32,000 bases of DNA from Mycolicibacterium smegmatis. GTDB taxonomy: Bacteria > Actinomycetota > Actinomycetes > Mycobacteriales > Mycobacteriaceae. The position numbers and the translations under genes were made by a program. Where the stretch lies: assembly GCF_001457595.1 (NCBI RefSeq), contig NZ_LN831039.1, positions 4,350,001 through 4,382,000 of the forward strand. The letters are read 5' to 3'. The notes under the pieces were generated by a model that saw only the letters and a program-made list of their open reading frames with translations, made no database searches and was not told where the DNA came from. Below, piece after piece: positions 23,229 to 32,000 of this stretch (position 1 is the stretch's first letter; every line of letters starts with the position of its first letter).

Positions 23229-25037
23229 GTGTGTACCGCATGCGAGTGGGCGCCCCACTTCACCCGGCCCGACGCGGACGGGCCAGCACCCACGCGTAAA
23301 CCCCCGCGGCGCTCCCCCGAGGCCACCGCGCACCGGACCGGCAGCGCCGACGCTCCGGCCGACTTCGTCTTCACCAACGGGCGCGTCCACACCGTGGCAG
23401 GCCCGTCGCCATGGGCCGAGGCTGTCGCAATTCGCGGCAACACCATCACGCATGTCGGGCGCACTGCCGAGGTGCTCAGCGCCGCCGGACCGCGCACGCG
23501 CGTCATCGACCTCGGCGGCAGGCTGCTCATGCCGGGCTTCGTCGAAGGCCATACCCATCCGATGCTCGGCGCCTTCCTGAGCCACGGCGTCGACCTGCAG
23601 GTGCCCACCAAGGACGATGCGCTCGCGGCCATCGCAGCCCACGCCGAGCAGCACCCCGAGGGTGTCGTGCGCGGCTTCGGCTGGCGTGTGGACATGTTCG
23701 GGCCCGACGGTCCGTCACGTGCCGATCTGGACCGGGTGCTGCCCGACCGCCCCGGTTTGTTCTTCGCGATCGACGCGCACAGCATGTGGGCCAACACCGC
23801 GGCACTGCAGATGGCCGGCATCGACCGGGACACCCCTGATCCGGTCCCCGGGTTCAGTTACTTCCAGCGCGATGCCGACGGCGAGCCGACGGGCTACGTG
23901 CTGGAGGTCAACGCGGTGCTGGGGCTGGTCGACGCCGTCGAACCGATCTCGGCACCGGGCATGCGTCGCATGCTCGAAGGGTGGCTGCCTGCGGCGGCCG
24001 CGGCGGGCATCACCACGGTCTTCGACGCCGGGGTGCCGCCGGTGGGCGGTGATCAGGCCGCGATGATCGCGCTCTACGCCGATCTCGACGAGGCCGGCGC
24101 GCTGCCGTTCCGGGTCGTGGCGTCGTACGCGATCAAGTCGCCGCCGCCCGGCGGGCGCTTCGAGGACGTCCTGGCGCAGTTCCGGGCCGCCCGCGACAGC
24201 GTCGGCACGGACCTGGTGAACGTCGATGTCCTCAAGATCGTCGGCGACGGGACGCAGGGCGGTTACACGGCGTGGCTGATCGAACCGTACGCCGACAGGC
24301 CGGACTCCACGGGCAGCTCACCGTTCACCGAGGAGCAGTGGCACGAGATGATCGGCCTGTTCGACGCGGCAGGCGTAAACGTGCACGTCCACGCGTGCGG
24401 TGAGTGCACTGCGCGCGTGGCGCTCGACGCCATCGAGCGCGCGGTCGCGGTCAATGGGCCACGCGACCGCCGGCACACCATCGCCCACCTGGTGTTCGTC
24501 GACGACGCCGACGCGGCCCGGTTCGCCGAACTCGGCGTCGTCGCGCAGTTCTCGGCAAACTGGTTCTCCGCCGACCCCGACACCGTGCAGAACATGGCCG
24601 CGCGCTACGGATCGCCCCGCAAGGACCACCTCTACCGCGCGCGGGACATCCTGCGGGCCGGTGGCCGCATCTCGCTGGGCACCGACTGGCCCGCCGCCGG
24701 ATACTTCTCCACTCACAAGCCGCTCGACGCCATCGAGATCGCGGTCACGCGCCAACTGATCGGCGATGCGCACGCGCCGGTGCTCTCCCCCGCCGACCAG
24801 CGGTTGTCGGTGGCCGAGGCCGTGCACGCCAACACCCTCGGGGCGGCCTACCAGCTACGGCTCGACGACGTCGTCGGTTCGGTCGAAGTGGGCAAGCGCG
24901 CGGATCTCATCGTGCTCGACACCGACATCTTCAAGATCGATCCGCACGACATCCACACCGCCGAGGTCGTCCTGACCATGATGGACGGCCGGATTCGGCA
25001 CGATACGTCGCGCGTCAGCGACGCAGCACCGCGGTGA
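23229..25037 (+). CDS. Metal-dependent amidohydrolase (amidohydrolase-3 / YtcJ-like family)
   Basis: FTNGRVHTV...AIRGNTI..VG, then GGRLLMPGFVEGHTHP (HxH metal site), a later HVHACGE, and C-terminal VEVGKRADLIVLD. GTG at 23229 is the only in-frame start between the in-frame stop (23211-23213) and the conserved core. Confidence 0.85.
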   Translation: MCTACEWAPHFTRPDADGPAPTRKPPRRSPEATAHRTGSADAPADFVFTNGRVHTVAGPSPWAEAVAIRGNTITHVGRTAEVLSAAGPRTRVIDLGGRLLMPGFVEGHTHPMLGAFLSHGVDLQVPTKDDALAAIAAHAEQHPEGVVRGFGWRVDMFGPDGPSRADLDRVLPDRPGLFFAIDAHSMWANTAALQMAGIDRDTPDPVPGFSYFQRDADGEPTGYVLEVNAVLGLVDAVEPISAPGMRRMLEGWLPAAAAAGITTVFDAGVPPVGGDQAAMIALYADLDEAGALPFRVVASYAIKSPPPGGRFEDVLAQFRAARDSVGTDLVNVDVLKIVGDGTQGGYTAWLIEPYADRPDSTGSSPFTEEQWHEMIGLFDAAGVNVHVHACGECTARVALDAIERAVAVNGPRDRRHTIAHLVFVDDADAARFAELGVVAQFSANWFSADPDTVQNMAARYGSPRKDHLYRARDILRAGGRISLGTDWPAAGYFSTHKPLDAIEIAVTRQLIGDAHAPVLSPADQRLSVAEAVHANTLGAAYQLRLDDVVGSVEVGKRADLIVLDTDIFKIDPHDIHTAEVVLTMMDGRIRHDTSRVSDAAPR

Positions 25038-25512
25038 AGCTCGCGCGGTCGTGCAGGCCGCGCAGGTCGCTGTCGGACACCAGCGGCGGGATGAGCAGCG
25101 CGATCAGCAGCACGCGGATGAACGCGCGGACTATGCCGATGCCGTCTCGCCCGTCGGCGGGCACCACCACGAGGCCCAGCACGTACTGCCCGGGCGTGAA
25201 CGAGAACAACCGCACCGCGAGCGTGCCGATCACCATCCAGATCACCAGCACCGCGGTGGACAGCAGCGGGAACGAGATCACGCCGAACGTCATCAGCAGC
25301 GCGGCCAGCCCGTACGCGATCAACCAGTCCACGATCAGTGCGCCGAGGCGCCGGCCCGTCCGCGCGATCGATCCGGGGCCGTCCTCGGGCAATCCCAACC
25401 GCTCACCTGGGTACTTGCCTCTGCGATCGTTGCCATCGGATCCGTCGCCGGCATCGAACGGACCGGGACCGGATAGCCAGGATCCCAACCGGGAGCCGTT
25501 TGTGCGGGCCAT
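25015..25512 (-). CDS. RDD-family membrane protein (Rv2219A-like)
   Basis: ATG at 25510-25512 gives MARTNGS.... The RRLGALIVDWLIAYGL segment plus three hydrophobic segments is typical of RDD. The 3' end overlaps the convergent amidohydrolase by 23 nt. Confidence 0.8.
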   Translation of the reverse strand: MARTNGSRLGSWLSGPGPFDAGDGSDGNDRRGKYPGERLGLPEDGPGSIARTGRRLGALIVDWLIAYGLAALLMTFGVISFPLLSTAVLVIWMVIGTLAVRLFSFTPGQYVLGLVVVPADGRDGIGIVRAFIRVLLIALLIPPLVSDSDLRGLHDRASFTAVLRR

Positions 25513-25621
25513 GATGTCAGGATAGGCGCGTGCGGATGTCCGGCCGCCGGGTGCCACGTCGCGACGCGGTTCACACCGATGTGTGCTGGAGTTCACCGGC
25601 GGACACGCTCAAACCGATTGC

Positions 25622-25659
25622 GTAACGTCGGCGCAACATCGGGTTGACGACTGCGCAAC
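25622..25659 (+). promoter_or_regulatory. Putative GlnR (OmpR-family nitrogen regulator) box upstream of glnA1
   Basis: GTAAC-n6-GCAAC-n6-TTGAC-n6-GCAAC, so the AC dinucleotide recurs every 11 bp (25625, 25636, 25647, 25658). GCGCAACATCG is repeated exactly 22 bp apart (25631-25641, 25653-25663). A TAGCGT -10-like hexamer lies at 25670-25675. Resembles the actinobacterial gTnAc-n6-GaAAc a/b-site arrangement as I recall it. Confidence 0.5.
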
Positions 25660-25709
25660 ATCGTGTCCTTAGCGTCAACGCGCGGGTTACCAGTAAAGGA
25701 GAACACTCA

Positions 25710-27146
25710 GTGGCAGAAAAGACGTCCGACGACATCTTCAAGCTGATCAAGGACGAAAACGTCGAGTACGTCGACATTCGCTTCTGTGATCTGCCCGGCG
25801 TCGTCCAGCACTTCTCGATCCCGGCGTCGGCGTTCGATGAAAGCGTCTTCGAGGACGGGCTTGCATTCGACGGCTCTTCGGTGCGTGGGTTCCAGTCGAT
25901 CCACGAATCCGACATGATGCTGCTGCCCGATCCCAACACCGCGCGCATCGACCCGTTCCGGGCGGCGAAGACGCTCAACATGAACTTCTTCGTCCACGAT
26001 CCGTTCACGCGCGAGGCGTACTCCCGCGACCCCCGCAACGTCGCCCGCAAGGCCGAGAACTACCTGGCCAGCACCGGCATCGCCGACACCGCGTTCTTCG
26101 GCGCCGAGGCCGAGTTCTACATCTTCGACTCGGTGAGCTTCGACTCCAAGATCAACGGCACGTTCTACGAGGTCGACTCGGAGTCGGGCTGGTGGAACAC
26201 CGGTGAGCCCTTCGAGTCCGACGGCAGCGCCAACCGTGGCTACAAGGTCCGTCCCAAGGGCGGCTACTTCCCCGTCGCGCCCTACGACCACTACGTCGAC
26301 CTGCGCGACCAGATGGCCACCAACCTGCAGAACGCCGGCTTCACCCTCGAACGCGGTCACCACGAGGTGGGCACCGCCGGTCAGGCCGAGATCAACTACA
26401 AGTTCAACACGCTGCTGGCCGCGGCCGACGATGTGCTGCTGTTCAAGTACATCATCAAGAACACCGCATGGCAGGCCGGCAAGACCGTCACCTTCATGCC
26501 GAAGCCGCTGTTCGGCGACAACGGTTCGGGCATGCACGCCCACCAGTCGCTGTGGAAGGACGGCCAGCCGCTGTTCCACGACGAGTCCGGTTACGCCGGT
26601 CTGTCGGACATCGCCCGTCACTACATCGGCGGCATCCTGCACCACGCGCCGTCGCTGCTGGCGTTCACCAACCCGACGGTGAACTCCTACAAGCGTCTGG
26701 TGCCCGGCTACGAGGCCCCGATCAACCTGGTGTACAGCCAGCGCAACCGCTCGGCGTGCGTGCGTATCCCGATCACCGGCAACAACCCGAAGGCCAAGCG
26801 CCTCGAGTTCCGTTGCCCGGACAGCTCGGGCAACCCGTACCTGGCGTTCGCGGCCATGCTCATGGCGGGCATCGACGGCATCAAGAAGAAGATCGAGCCG
26901 CTGCAGCCGGTCGACAAGGACCTCTACGAGCTGCCGCCGGACGAGGCCGCCGCGATCCCGCAGGCGCCCACCTCGCTCTCCGCGGTGATCGACAAGCTCG
27001 AAGAGGATCACGAATACCTCACCGAGGGTGGCGTGTTCACCGAGGATCTGATCGAGACCTGGATCTCCTACAAGCGTGAGAACGAGATCATGCCGATCCA
27101 GATCCGTCCTCACCCGTACGAGTTCTCGCTCTACTACGACGTGTAA
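25710..27146 (+). CDS. glnA1: Glutamine synthetase type I (GlnA1)
   Basis: GTG at 25710 preceded by AAAGGAG (25695-25701). It gives a 478-aa protein starting (M)[29 protein letters not shown], matching the Mtb GlnA1 N-terminus and length as I recall them. The adenylylation-loop Tyr is in DKDLYELPP. Confidence 0.97.
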   Translation: MAEKTSDDIFKLIKDENVEYVDIRFCDLPGVVQHFSIPASAFDESVFEDGLAFDGSSVRGFQSIHESDMMLLPDPNTARIDPFRAAKTLNMNFFVHDPFTREAYSRDPRNVARKAENYLASTGIADTAFFGAEAEFYIFDSVSFDSKINGTFYEVDSESGWWNTGEPFESDGSANRGYKVRPKGGYFPVAPYDHYVDLRDQMATNLQNAGFTLERGHHEVGTAGQAEINYKFNTLLAAADDVLLFKYIIKNTAWQAGKTVTFMPKPLFGDNGSGMHAHQSLWKDGQPLFHDESGYAGLSDIARHYIGGILHHAPSLLAFTNPTVNSYKRLVPGYEAPINLVYSQRNRSACVRIPITGNNPKAKRLEFRCPDSSGNPYLAFAAMLMAGIDGIKKKIEPLQPVDKDLYELPPDEAAAIPQAPTSLSAVIDKLEEDHEYLTEGGVFTEDLIETWISYKRENEIMPIQIRPHPYEFSLYYDV

Positions 27147-27225
27147 GTCGGCTCGCCGACGCGACGTGTAAGTCGGCTCGCCGACGCGACGTGTAAGTCG
27201 GCTCGCCGACGCGACGTGTAAGTCG
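27138..27225 (+). repeat. Perfect 25-bp tandem repeat (3 full copies plus a 13-nt partial) starting in the last codons of glnA1
   Basis: GACGTGTAAGTCGGCTCGCCGACGC at 27138-27162, 27163-27187 and 27188-27212, then GACGTGTAAGTCG at 27213-27225. Copy 1 contains the glnA1 codons Asp-Val-TAA. Each unit holds the palindrome GTCGGC-TC-GCCGAC. Confidence 0.97.
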
Positions 27226-27235
27226 ACGTAGACAC

Positions 27236-27270
27236 AAAAAGGCCGGGCGCATTGCGCGCCCGGCCTTTTG
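27236..27270 (+). terminator. Canonical intrinsic terminator of glnA1 (A-tract, 10-bp GC stem, T-tract)
   Basis: AAAAA GGCCGGGCGC attgc GCGCCCGGCC TTTTG. The stem arms (27241-27250 and 27256-27265) are exact reverse complements. A-tract upstream and T-tract downstream. Confidence 0.8.
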
Positions 27271-27274
27271 CGTA

Positions 27275-27329
27275 GCGCCGAGTTCTGCACCAGGGCTGCG
27301 ATCTCGGCGCGCGCACAACCCTGGTGCAG
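27275..27329 (+). other. Two interleaved inverted repeats in the dtd 5' region (mutually exclusive hairpins or pseudoknot topology)
   Basis: A GCGCCGAG (27275-27282) pairs with A' CTCGGCGC (27303-27310). B CTGCACCAGGG (27285-27295) pairs with B' CCCTGGTGCAG (27319-27329). The order is A-B-A'-B'. The pairings are exact; the function is unknown. Confidence 0.4.
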
Positions 27330-27362
27330 TAATCGACGCCCCCGCACGGGACAATGACATTC

Positions 27363-27794
27363 ATGCGGGTTCTGGTTCAGCGGGTGTCACGCGCGCAGGT
27401 CACGGTCGACGGTGAGGTGGTCGGTGCGATCGACCCGCAGCCACAAGGGCTTTTGGCCCTCGTCGGTGTCACGCATGACGACGACGCCGCCAAGGCACAG
27501 CGGTTGGCCGAAAAGCTGTGGAAGTTGAGGATTCTCGACGACGAACACTCGGCTTCGGATGTGGCGGCGCCGATCCTGGTGATCAGCCAGTTCACTCTGT
27601 ACGCCAACACCGACAAGGGCAGGCGCCCGTCGTGGAACGCCGCGGCACCCGGCCCGGTTGCCGAGCCGCTGGTCACCGAGTTCACCGAGGCACTGCGACG
27701 CCTCGGAGCCACCGTGGAGACGGGGGTTTTCGGTGCGCACATGGAAGTCGAGCTGGTCAACGATGGGCCGGTGACAGTGTTGCTGGAGTTGTAG
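27363..27794 (+). CDS. dtd: D-aminoacyl-tRNA deacylase
   Basis: ATG at 27363 gives [21 protein letters not shown]..., the typical Dtd N-terminus. SQFTLYA motif and C-terminal NDGPVT. 143 aa. The ORF-track start at 27354 adds 3 residues. Confidence 0.92.
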   Translation: MRVLVQRVSRAQVTVDGEVVGAIDPQPQGLLALVGVTHDDDAAKAQRLAEKLWKLRILDDEHSASDVAAPILVISQFTLYANTDKGRRPSWNAAAPGPVAEPLVTEFTEALRRLGATVETGVFGAHMEVELVNDGPVTVLLEL

Positions 27795-27821
27795 GCTCCG
27801 CCCTGCGCGTATGGTCTGATC

Positions 27822-28232
27822 ATGACGACCAATCTGGACACCCGGCTCGCCACCTACTCCCCCGTCGTTGTCGCGATCTTCCGCATCGTGTTCGGTTTCC
27901 TGTTCGCCGTGCACGGCGCGTCGAAACTCTTCGCCTGGCCCGTCGATTCGGGCAGCGGCGCCGTACCCGTCGGCACATGGCCGTACTGGTACGCCGGTGT
28001 GATCGAGCTGGTCCTCGGCCTGCTCATCATGGTCGGCCTGTTCACGCGCATCGCGGCGTTCATCGCCAGCGGCCACATGGCGGTCGCCTACTTCTGGCAG
28101 CATCAGCCAAAGGGCTTGCTACCGCTGGAGAACGGCGGTGAACCCACCGTGCTGTTCTGCTTCGGCTTCCTGCTGCTGTTCGCGATCGGCGGCGGTGCGT
28201 TCGCGCTCGACGCGGCGCGCGCGAAACGCTAG
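27822..28232 (+). CDS. DoxX-family membrane protein
   Basis: ATG at 27822, 136 aa, 4 TM segments. FRIVFGFLFAVHGASKLF and the later AAFIASGHMAVAYF are typical DoxX features. Confidence 0.85.
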   Translation: MTTNLDTRLATYSPVVVAIFRIVFGFLFAVHGASKLFAWPVDSGSGAVPVGTWPYWYAGVIELVLGLLIMVGLFTRIAAFIASGHMAVAYFWQHQPKGLLPLENGGEPTVLFCFGFLLLFAIGGGAFALDAARAKR

Positions 28233-28249
28233 ACGTCAAACGCTGAAAC

Positions 28250-31249
28250 CTACCCGCCGAAAATCTTGCGGACGACCGCCTTTGCCCGCCGCGTCACGCG
28301 CAGGTAGTTGTCGAGGAACTCGCCGCCGTCATCGCTGCCCCATCCGGCGGCCAGCGCCACCGCATTGAGCTGGCGACCCGGGCCGGGAAGCTGATCGGTG
28401 GGCTTGCCGCGCACCAGCACCAGGGCGTTGCGTGCGCGGGTCGCGGTCAGCCACGCCTCGCGCAGCAGTTCGACATCGCCTTCGGCGACCAGTTCGGCCG
28501 CGCCGATCGCGTTGAGGGCCTCCAGCGTCGAGGTGTTGTGCAGCGCAGGCACTTTGTGCGCGTACCGCAGCTGCAGCAGCTGCACGGTCCACTCGATGTC
28601 GGCGAGCCCGCCGCGGCCCAGCTTGGTGTGTGTGTTCGGGTCGGCGCCGCGCGGCAGGCGCTCGGCGTCCACCCGCGCCTTGATGCGGCGGATCTCCTGG
28701 ACCGCCGAGGCCGACACCCCGCCCTCGGGGTAGCGGATCTTGTCTGCCATGAGCAGGAACCGCTCACCGAGCTCGAGATCGCCCGCGACGCGGTGCGCGC
28801 GCAGAAGCGCCTGGATCTCCCACGGCTGCGCCCACTGTGAGTAGTACGCGTCGTACGAGGCGAGGGTGCGCACCAGCGGCCCGCTGCGGCCCTCGGGGCG
28901 CAGCCCGGTGTCGACCTCAAGCGGCGGATCGGCGCTCGGTGTCCCCAGCAGGGCGCGCACCTGTTCGGCCACGCCCACCGACCACCGCACCGCAACCGAT
29001 TCCTCGACACCGGAATTGGGCTCGCATACGAACATCACGTCGGCGTCGGAGCCGTACCCCAGCTCGCCGCCGCCCAGCCGGCCCATGCCGATCACCGCGA
29101 TCCGTGCCGGCACACCGGAATCCGGCGTGTTGGCCCGGATCACGACGTCCAGCGCGGCCTGGAGCACCGCGACCCACACCGCGGTCAGTGACTTGCACAC
29201 GTCGGTCACGTCGAGCATGCCCAGCACGTCGGCCGACGCGATCCGCGCAAGTTCACGGCGGCGCAGCGTGCGCGCGGCCGCGATCGCCCGCACCGGATCG
29301 GCATACCTGCTCGCCGACGCCACCAGCGCCCGCGCCCGGCTCTCCCGGTCGTCCTCAAGCAGTTTCGGCCCGGTCGGGCCGTCGGCGTACATCTGGATGA
29401 CCTCGGGGGCGCGCATCAACAGCTCGGGGATGTACGCCGAGGTGCCCAGCACCCGCATGAGCCGCTTGGCCACCGCGCCCTCGTCGCGCAGCGTGCCGAG
29501 AAACCAACGCAGATCGGAGTGTTCGTCGCTCAGGCGACGGTAGGCCAGCAGGCCCGCGTCCGGGTCGGGGGTGTCGGACAGCCAGTCGAGCAGCGTGGGC
29601 AGCAGGATCTGCTGGATGCGGCCCTTGCGTCCGGTGGCTCCGGTGAGCGCCGCGAGATGGGTCAGCGCGCTCTGCGGGCGCTCGTAACCCAGTGCGGCCA
29701 ACTGCCGTTCGGCCGCCTCGGCGCTCATGCCCTCGCCGATGCCGAGTGCGGTGCGCCCCACCGATTCCAGCAGCGGCTGGTAGAAGAGCTTGGCGTGCAA
29801 CCGCGACACCCGCAGGCTCTGCCGCTTGAGTTCCTCGCGCAGCACGCCCTGCGCATCGTGTGTGCCGTCGGGCCGGATGTGCGCGGCCCGTGCCAGCCAC
29901 CGGTAGGCCTCGTCATCGCTGTCGTCGGGCAGCATGTGGGTGCGCTTGAGCCGTTGCAACTGCAGGCGGTGTTCGAGCAACCTCAGGAACTCGTACGACG
30001 CGGTCATGTTGGCGGCGTCGTCGCGGCCGACGTAGCCGCCCTCGCCGAGTGCGGCCAGCGCGTCGACCGTCGACGCCACGTGCAGCGACTCGTCGGTGCG
30101 GCCGTGCACCAATTGCAGCAGCTGGACGGCGAATTCGACGTCGCGCAGGCCACCGGTGCCGAGCTTGATCTCGCGCGACCGCACGTCGGCGGGCACGAGT
30201 TCCTCGACGCGGCGGCGCATGGCCTGCACCTCGGGAACGAAATCCTCACGCTCGCAGGCAGTCCACACCATGGGCATCAGCGCGTCGATGTAGGCCTGAC
30301 CCAGCTCGGGATCACCCGCGGCGGGCCGCGCCTTGAGCAGCGCCTGGAACTCCCACGTCTTGGCCCACCGCCGGTAGTAGGCGACGTGCGAGTCCAGCGT
30401 GCGAACCAGTTGGCCCCGTTTGCCTTCCGGCCGCAGCGCGGCGTCGACCTCGAAGAACGCGTCGCCGGCGAACCGCATCATCTCGCCGGCCACGCGCGTG
30501 GCGGTCGCGAGATTGTCGCTGCGGCCGTGCTTTTCGATGTCCTCACCCACGAAGATGACGTCGACGTCGCTGACGTAGTTGAGCTCGCGCGCGCCGCACT
30601 TGCCCATCGCGATGACCGCGAGTCGCGGATCCAGATCGCCGCACACCGTGCGGGTGGCCACGATCAGCGCGGCGCTCAGCGCGGCGTCGGCCAGGTCGGA
30701 CAGGTGCGAGGAGACGGTGACAAACGGCAGTACCGGTTCGTTCTCGACGGTCGAGGCGACGTCGAGGGCTGCGAGCACCAGCAGACGGTCGCGGTAGAGG
30801 TCGCGCAGCGGCGGGACCGCGGCGCTGGCGCCGCGCTCGATGTCGACGCTTTTCGCCGCGTCGTCGAACGTCTCGCGGAGTTCACCCGCGGACGGAAGCG
30901 TGACGTCGCCGTGCAGCAGGCGCCAGGACTGCGGGTGGGCCACCAGGTGGTCACCCAGCGCCAGCGACGAGCCGAGCACGGCGAACAACCGGCCCCGCAG
31001 CGGGCGGTCGGTGAGCAGCAGCCGGTTGAGTTCGTCCCAGTCGACCTTGAGCTCGTCGGCGAGGCGCACCATGGCCAGCAGCGCCGCGTCGGCGTCCGGG
31101 GCCCGCGACAGCGACCACAGCAGTTCGACGTGGTCGTCGGTGTTCCAGCCGAGCTGATCGAGATGAGCGGGTGCATGCGGATCGAACAGCCCGAGCCGGC
31201 CGACACTGGGCAGCCTCGGGCGTTCGGTGGCGGGCTTTCGCACGTCCAC
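28250..31249 (-). CDS. glnE: Bifunctional glutamine synthetase adenylyltransferase / adenylyl-removing enzyme
   Basis: 999 aa, GTG at 31247-31249. N-terminus ...[15 protein letters not shown] resembles Mtb GlnE. Duplicated nucleotidyltransferase modules ([21 protein letters not shown] and [21 protein letters not shown]). Confidence 0.95.
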   Translation of the reverse strand: MDVRKPATERPRLPSVGRLGLFDPHAPAHLDQLGWNTDDHVELLWSLSRAPDADAALLAMVRLADELKVDWDELNRLLLTDRPLRGRLFAVLGSSLALGDHLVAHPQSWRLLHGDVTLPSAGELRETFDDAAKSVDIERGASAAVPPLRDLYRDRLLVLAALDVASTVENEPVLPFVTVSSHLSDLADAALSAALIVATRTVCGDLDPRLAVIAMGKCGARELNYVSDVDVIFVGEDIEKHGRSDNLATATRVAGEMMRFAGDAFFEVDAALRPEGKRGQLVRTLDSHVAYYRRWAKTWEFQALLKARPAAGDPELGQAYIDALMPMVWTACEREDFVPEVQAMRRRVEELVPADVRSREIKLGTGGLRDVEFAVQLLQLVHGRTDESLHVASTVDALAALGEGGYVGRDDAANMTASYEFLRLLEHRLQLQRLKRTHMLPDDSDDEAYRWLARAAHIRPDGTHDAQGVLREELKRQSLRVSRLHAKLFYQPLLESVGRTALGIGEGMSAEAAERQLAALGYERPQSALTHLAALTGATGRKGRIQQILLPTLLDWLSDTPDPDAGLLAYRRLSDEHSDLRWFLGTLRDEGAVAKRLMRVLGTSAYIPELLMRAPEVIQMYADGPTGPKLLEDDRESRARALVASASRYADPVRAIAAARTLRRRELARIASADVLGMLDVTDVCKSLTAVWVAVLQAALDVVIRANTPDSGVPARIAVIGMGRLGGGELGYGSDADVMFVCEPNSGVEESVAVRWSVGVAEQVRALLGTPSADPPLEVDTGLRPEGRSGPLVRTLASYDAYYSQWAQPWEIQALLRAHRVAGDLELGERFLLMADKIRYPEGGVSASAVQEIRRIKARVDAERLPRGADPNTHTKLGRGGLADIEWTVQLLQLRYAHKVPALHNTSTLEALNAIGAAELVAEGDVELLREAWLTATRARNALVLVRGKPTDQLPGPGRQLNAVALAAGWGSDDGGEFLDNYLRVTRRAKAVVRKIFGG

Positions 31250-31298
31250 GACGGTATCGCACCGGGCACCACGCCCGGCACGACCCCGACCGCGGACG

Positions 31299-32000
31299 CT
31301 ACAGCGACAGGTAGTTCTTGAGCTCGTACGGCGTGACGTGGCTGCGGTAGTTCTCCCACTCGCTGCGCTTGTTGCGCAGGAAGTAGTCGAACACGTGCTC
31401 CCCCAACGCTTCTGCGACCAGTTCAGAGTTCTCCATGGCCTCCAGGGCGTTGCCCAGGCTGGTCGGCAGTTCGCGGTAGCCCATGGCGCGGCGTTCCTCG
31501 GGCGTCAGGCTCCACACGTTGTCCTCGGCCTGGGGGCCCAGCACGTAGCCCTTCTCGACGCCACGCAGGCCCGCGGCCAGCAGCACCGCGAACGTCAGGT
31601 ACGGGTTGCACGCCGAGTCAGGGCTGCGCACCTCGACGCGTCGTGACGACACCTTGTGCGGCGTGTACATCGGCACCCGCACCAGCGCCGAGCGGTTGGC
31701 CGCACCCCACGACGCCGCGGTGGGCGCCTCGCCGCCGTGCACCAGGCGCTTGTAGGAGTTCACCCACTGGTTGGTGACGGCGCTGATCTCGTTGGCGTGT
31801 TCGAGGATGCCCGCGATGAACGACTTGGCGACGTCGGAGAGCTGCAGCGGATCGTCGGGGCTGTGGAAGGCGTTGGTGTCGCCCTCGAACAGGCTCATGT
31901 GGGTGTGCATGGCCGAGCCCGGATGCTCGGCGAACGGCTTGGGCATGAACGACGCCCGGACACCGTCGGCCAGTGCCACTTCCTTGACCAGGTAGCGGAA
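31299..32000 (-). CDS. glnA2: Glutamine synthetase type I paralogue (GlnA2), C-terminal part; N-terminus lies beyond the window
   Basis: The frame stays open to position 32000 ([23 protein letters not shown]...). It contains [16 protein letters not shown] and [18 protein letters not shown] at 31299-31301. Lies 49 nt upstream of glnE on the same strand. Confidence 0.93.
   Translation of the reverse strand, partial: FRYLVKEVALADGVRASFMPKPFAEHPGSAMHTHMSLFEGDTNAFHSPDDPLQLSDVAKSFIAGILEHANEISAVTNQWVNSYKRLVHGGEAPTAASWGAANRSALVRVPMYTPHKVSSRRVEVRSPDSACNPYLTFAVLLAAGLRGVEKGYVLGPQAEDNVWSLTPEERRAMGYRELPTSLGNALEAMENSELVAEALGEHVFDYFLRNKRSEWENYRSHVTPYELKNYLSL

Noticed and set aside
21133-23654. Long minus-strand ORFs 21133-22059, 21389-22750 and 22230-23654
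   Set aside because: Antisense to lipB, lipA, the DUF4191 gene and the amidohydrolase start. No motifs, and they mutually overlap.
27138-27225. Possible CRISPR array
   Set aside because: The repeats are directly abutting with no spacers, there are only 3.5 units, and there are no cas genes anywhere in the window. This is a simple tandem repeat.
25707-27347. 546-aa ORF on the minus strand
   Set aside because: Antisense to glnA1 and running through the 25-bp repeat array and the terminator. GC-frame artefact.
27088-27364. 90-aa and 76-aa minus-strand ORFs containing repeated [18 protein letters not shown] peptides
   Set aside because: The peptide repeat is just the 25-bp DNA array read in shifting frames. 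These ORFs span the glnA1 stop, an intrinsic terminator and the dtd start, so they are not credible genes.
29519-31321. 600-aa ORF on the plus strand
   Set aside because: Antisense to glnE, which has the duplicated nucleotidyltransferase motifs. Arg/Gly/Val/Gln-rich artefact.

Overview
Very GC-rich actinobacterial chromosome with strong third-position G/C bias. From memory, gene content and order are colinear with the Mycobacterium tuberculosis Rv2197c-Rv2222c core block, and a few gene differences suggest a fast-growing Mycolicibacterium (M. smegmatis-like). I call 30 CDS, almost all housekeeping: mmpS3-ctaF-ctaC (aa3 cytochrome oxidase), asnB, adoK, an A-type Fe-S carrier, cobU-cobT-cobS, ilvE, gcvT, a class III adenylate cyclase, leucyl aminopeptidase, ephD, dlaT with the lipB-lipA lipoylation genes, and the nitrogen cluster glnA1 / glnE / glnA2. 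Many ORF-track entries are the longest possible ORF, and their first M is often GTG or TTG. I trimmed several starts using conserved N-termini and Shine-Dalgarno spacing. I found no tRNA or rRNA, IS or integrase, CRISPR, toxin-antitoxin or recognisable defence genes. I see no convincing evidence for a novel multi-gene system; this is a core metabolic region. The most unusual signals are non-coding and lie around glnA1. (1) A perfect 25-bp tandem array starts inside the last glnA1 codons and re-copies its stop codon, followed by a textbook intrinsic terminator. (2) Two interleaved inverted repeats lie in the dtd leader. (3) An 11-bp-phased AAC/GAC repeat upstream of glnA1 resembles a GlnR box. 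Lesser points: an uncharacterised basic protein divergent from dtd's neighbour dlaT, an amidohydrolase with an odd N-terminus abutted by a palindrome, two convergent gene pairs sharing GGCTAG stop codons, and low-complexity linkers in DlaT and MmpS3. All homology statements come from reading the translations and from memory; no database search was run.
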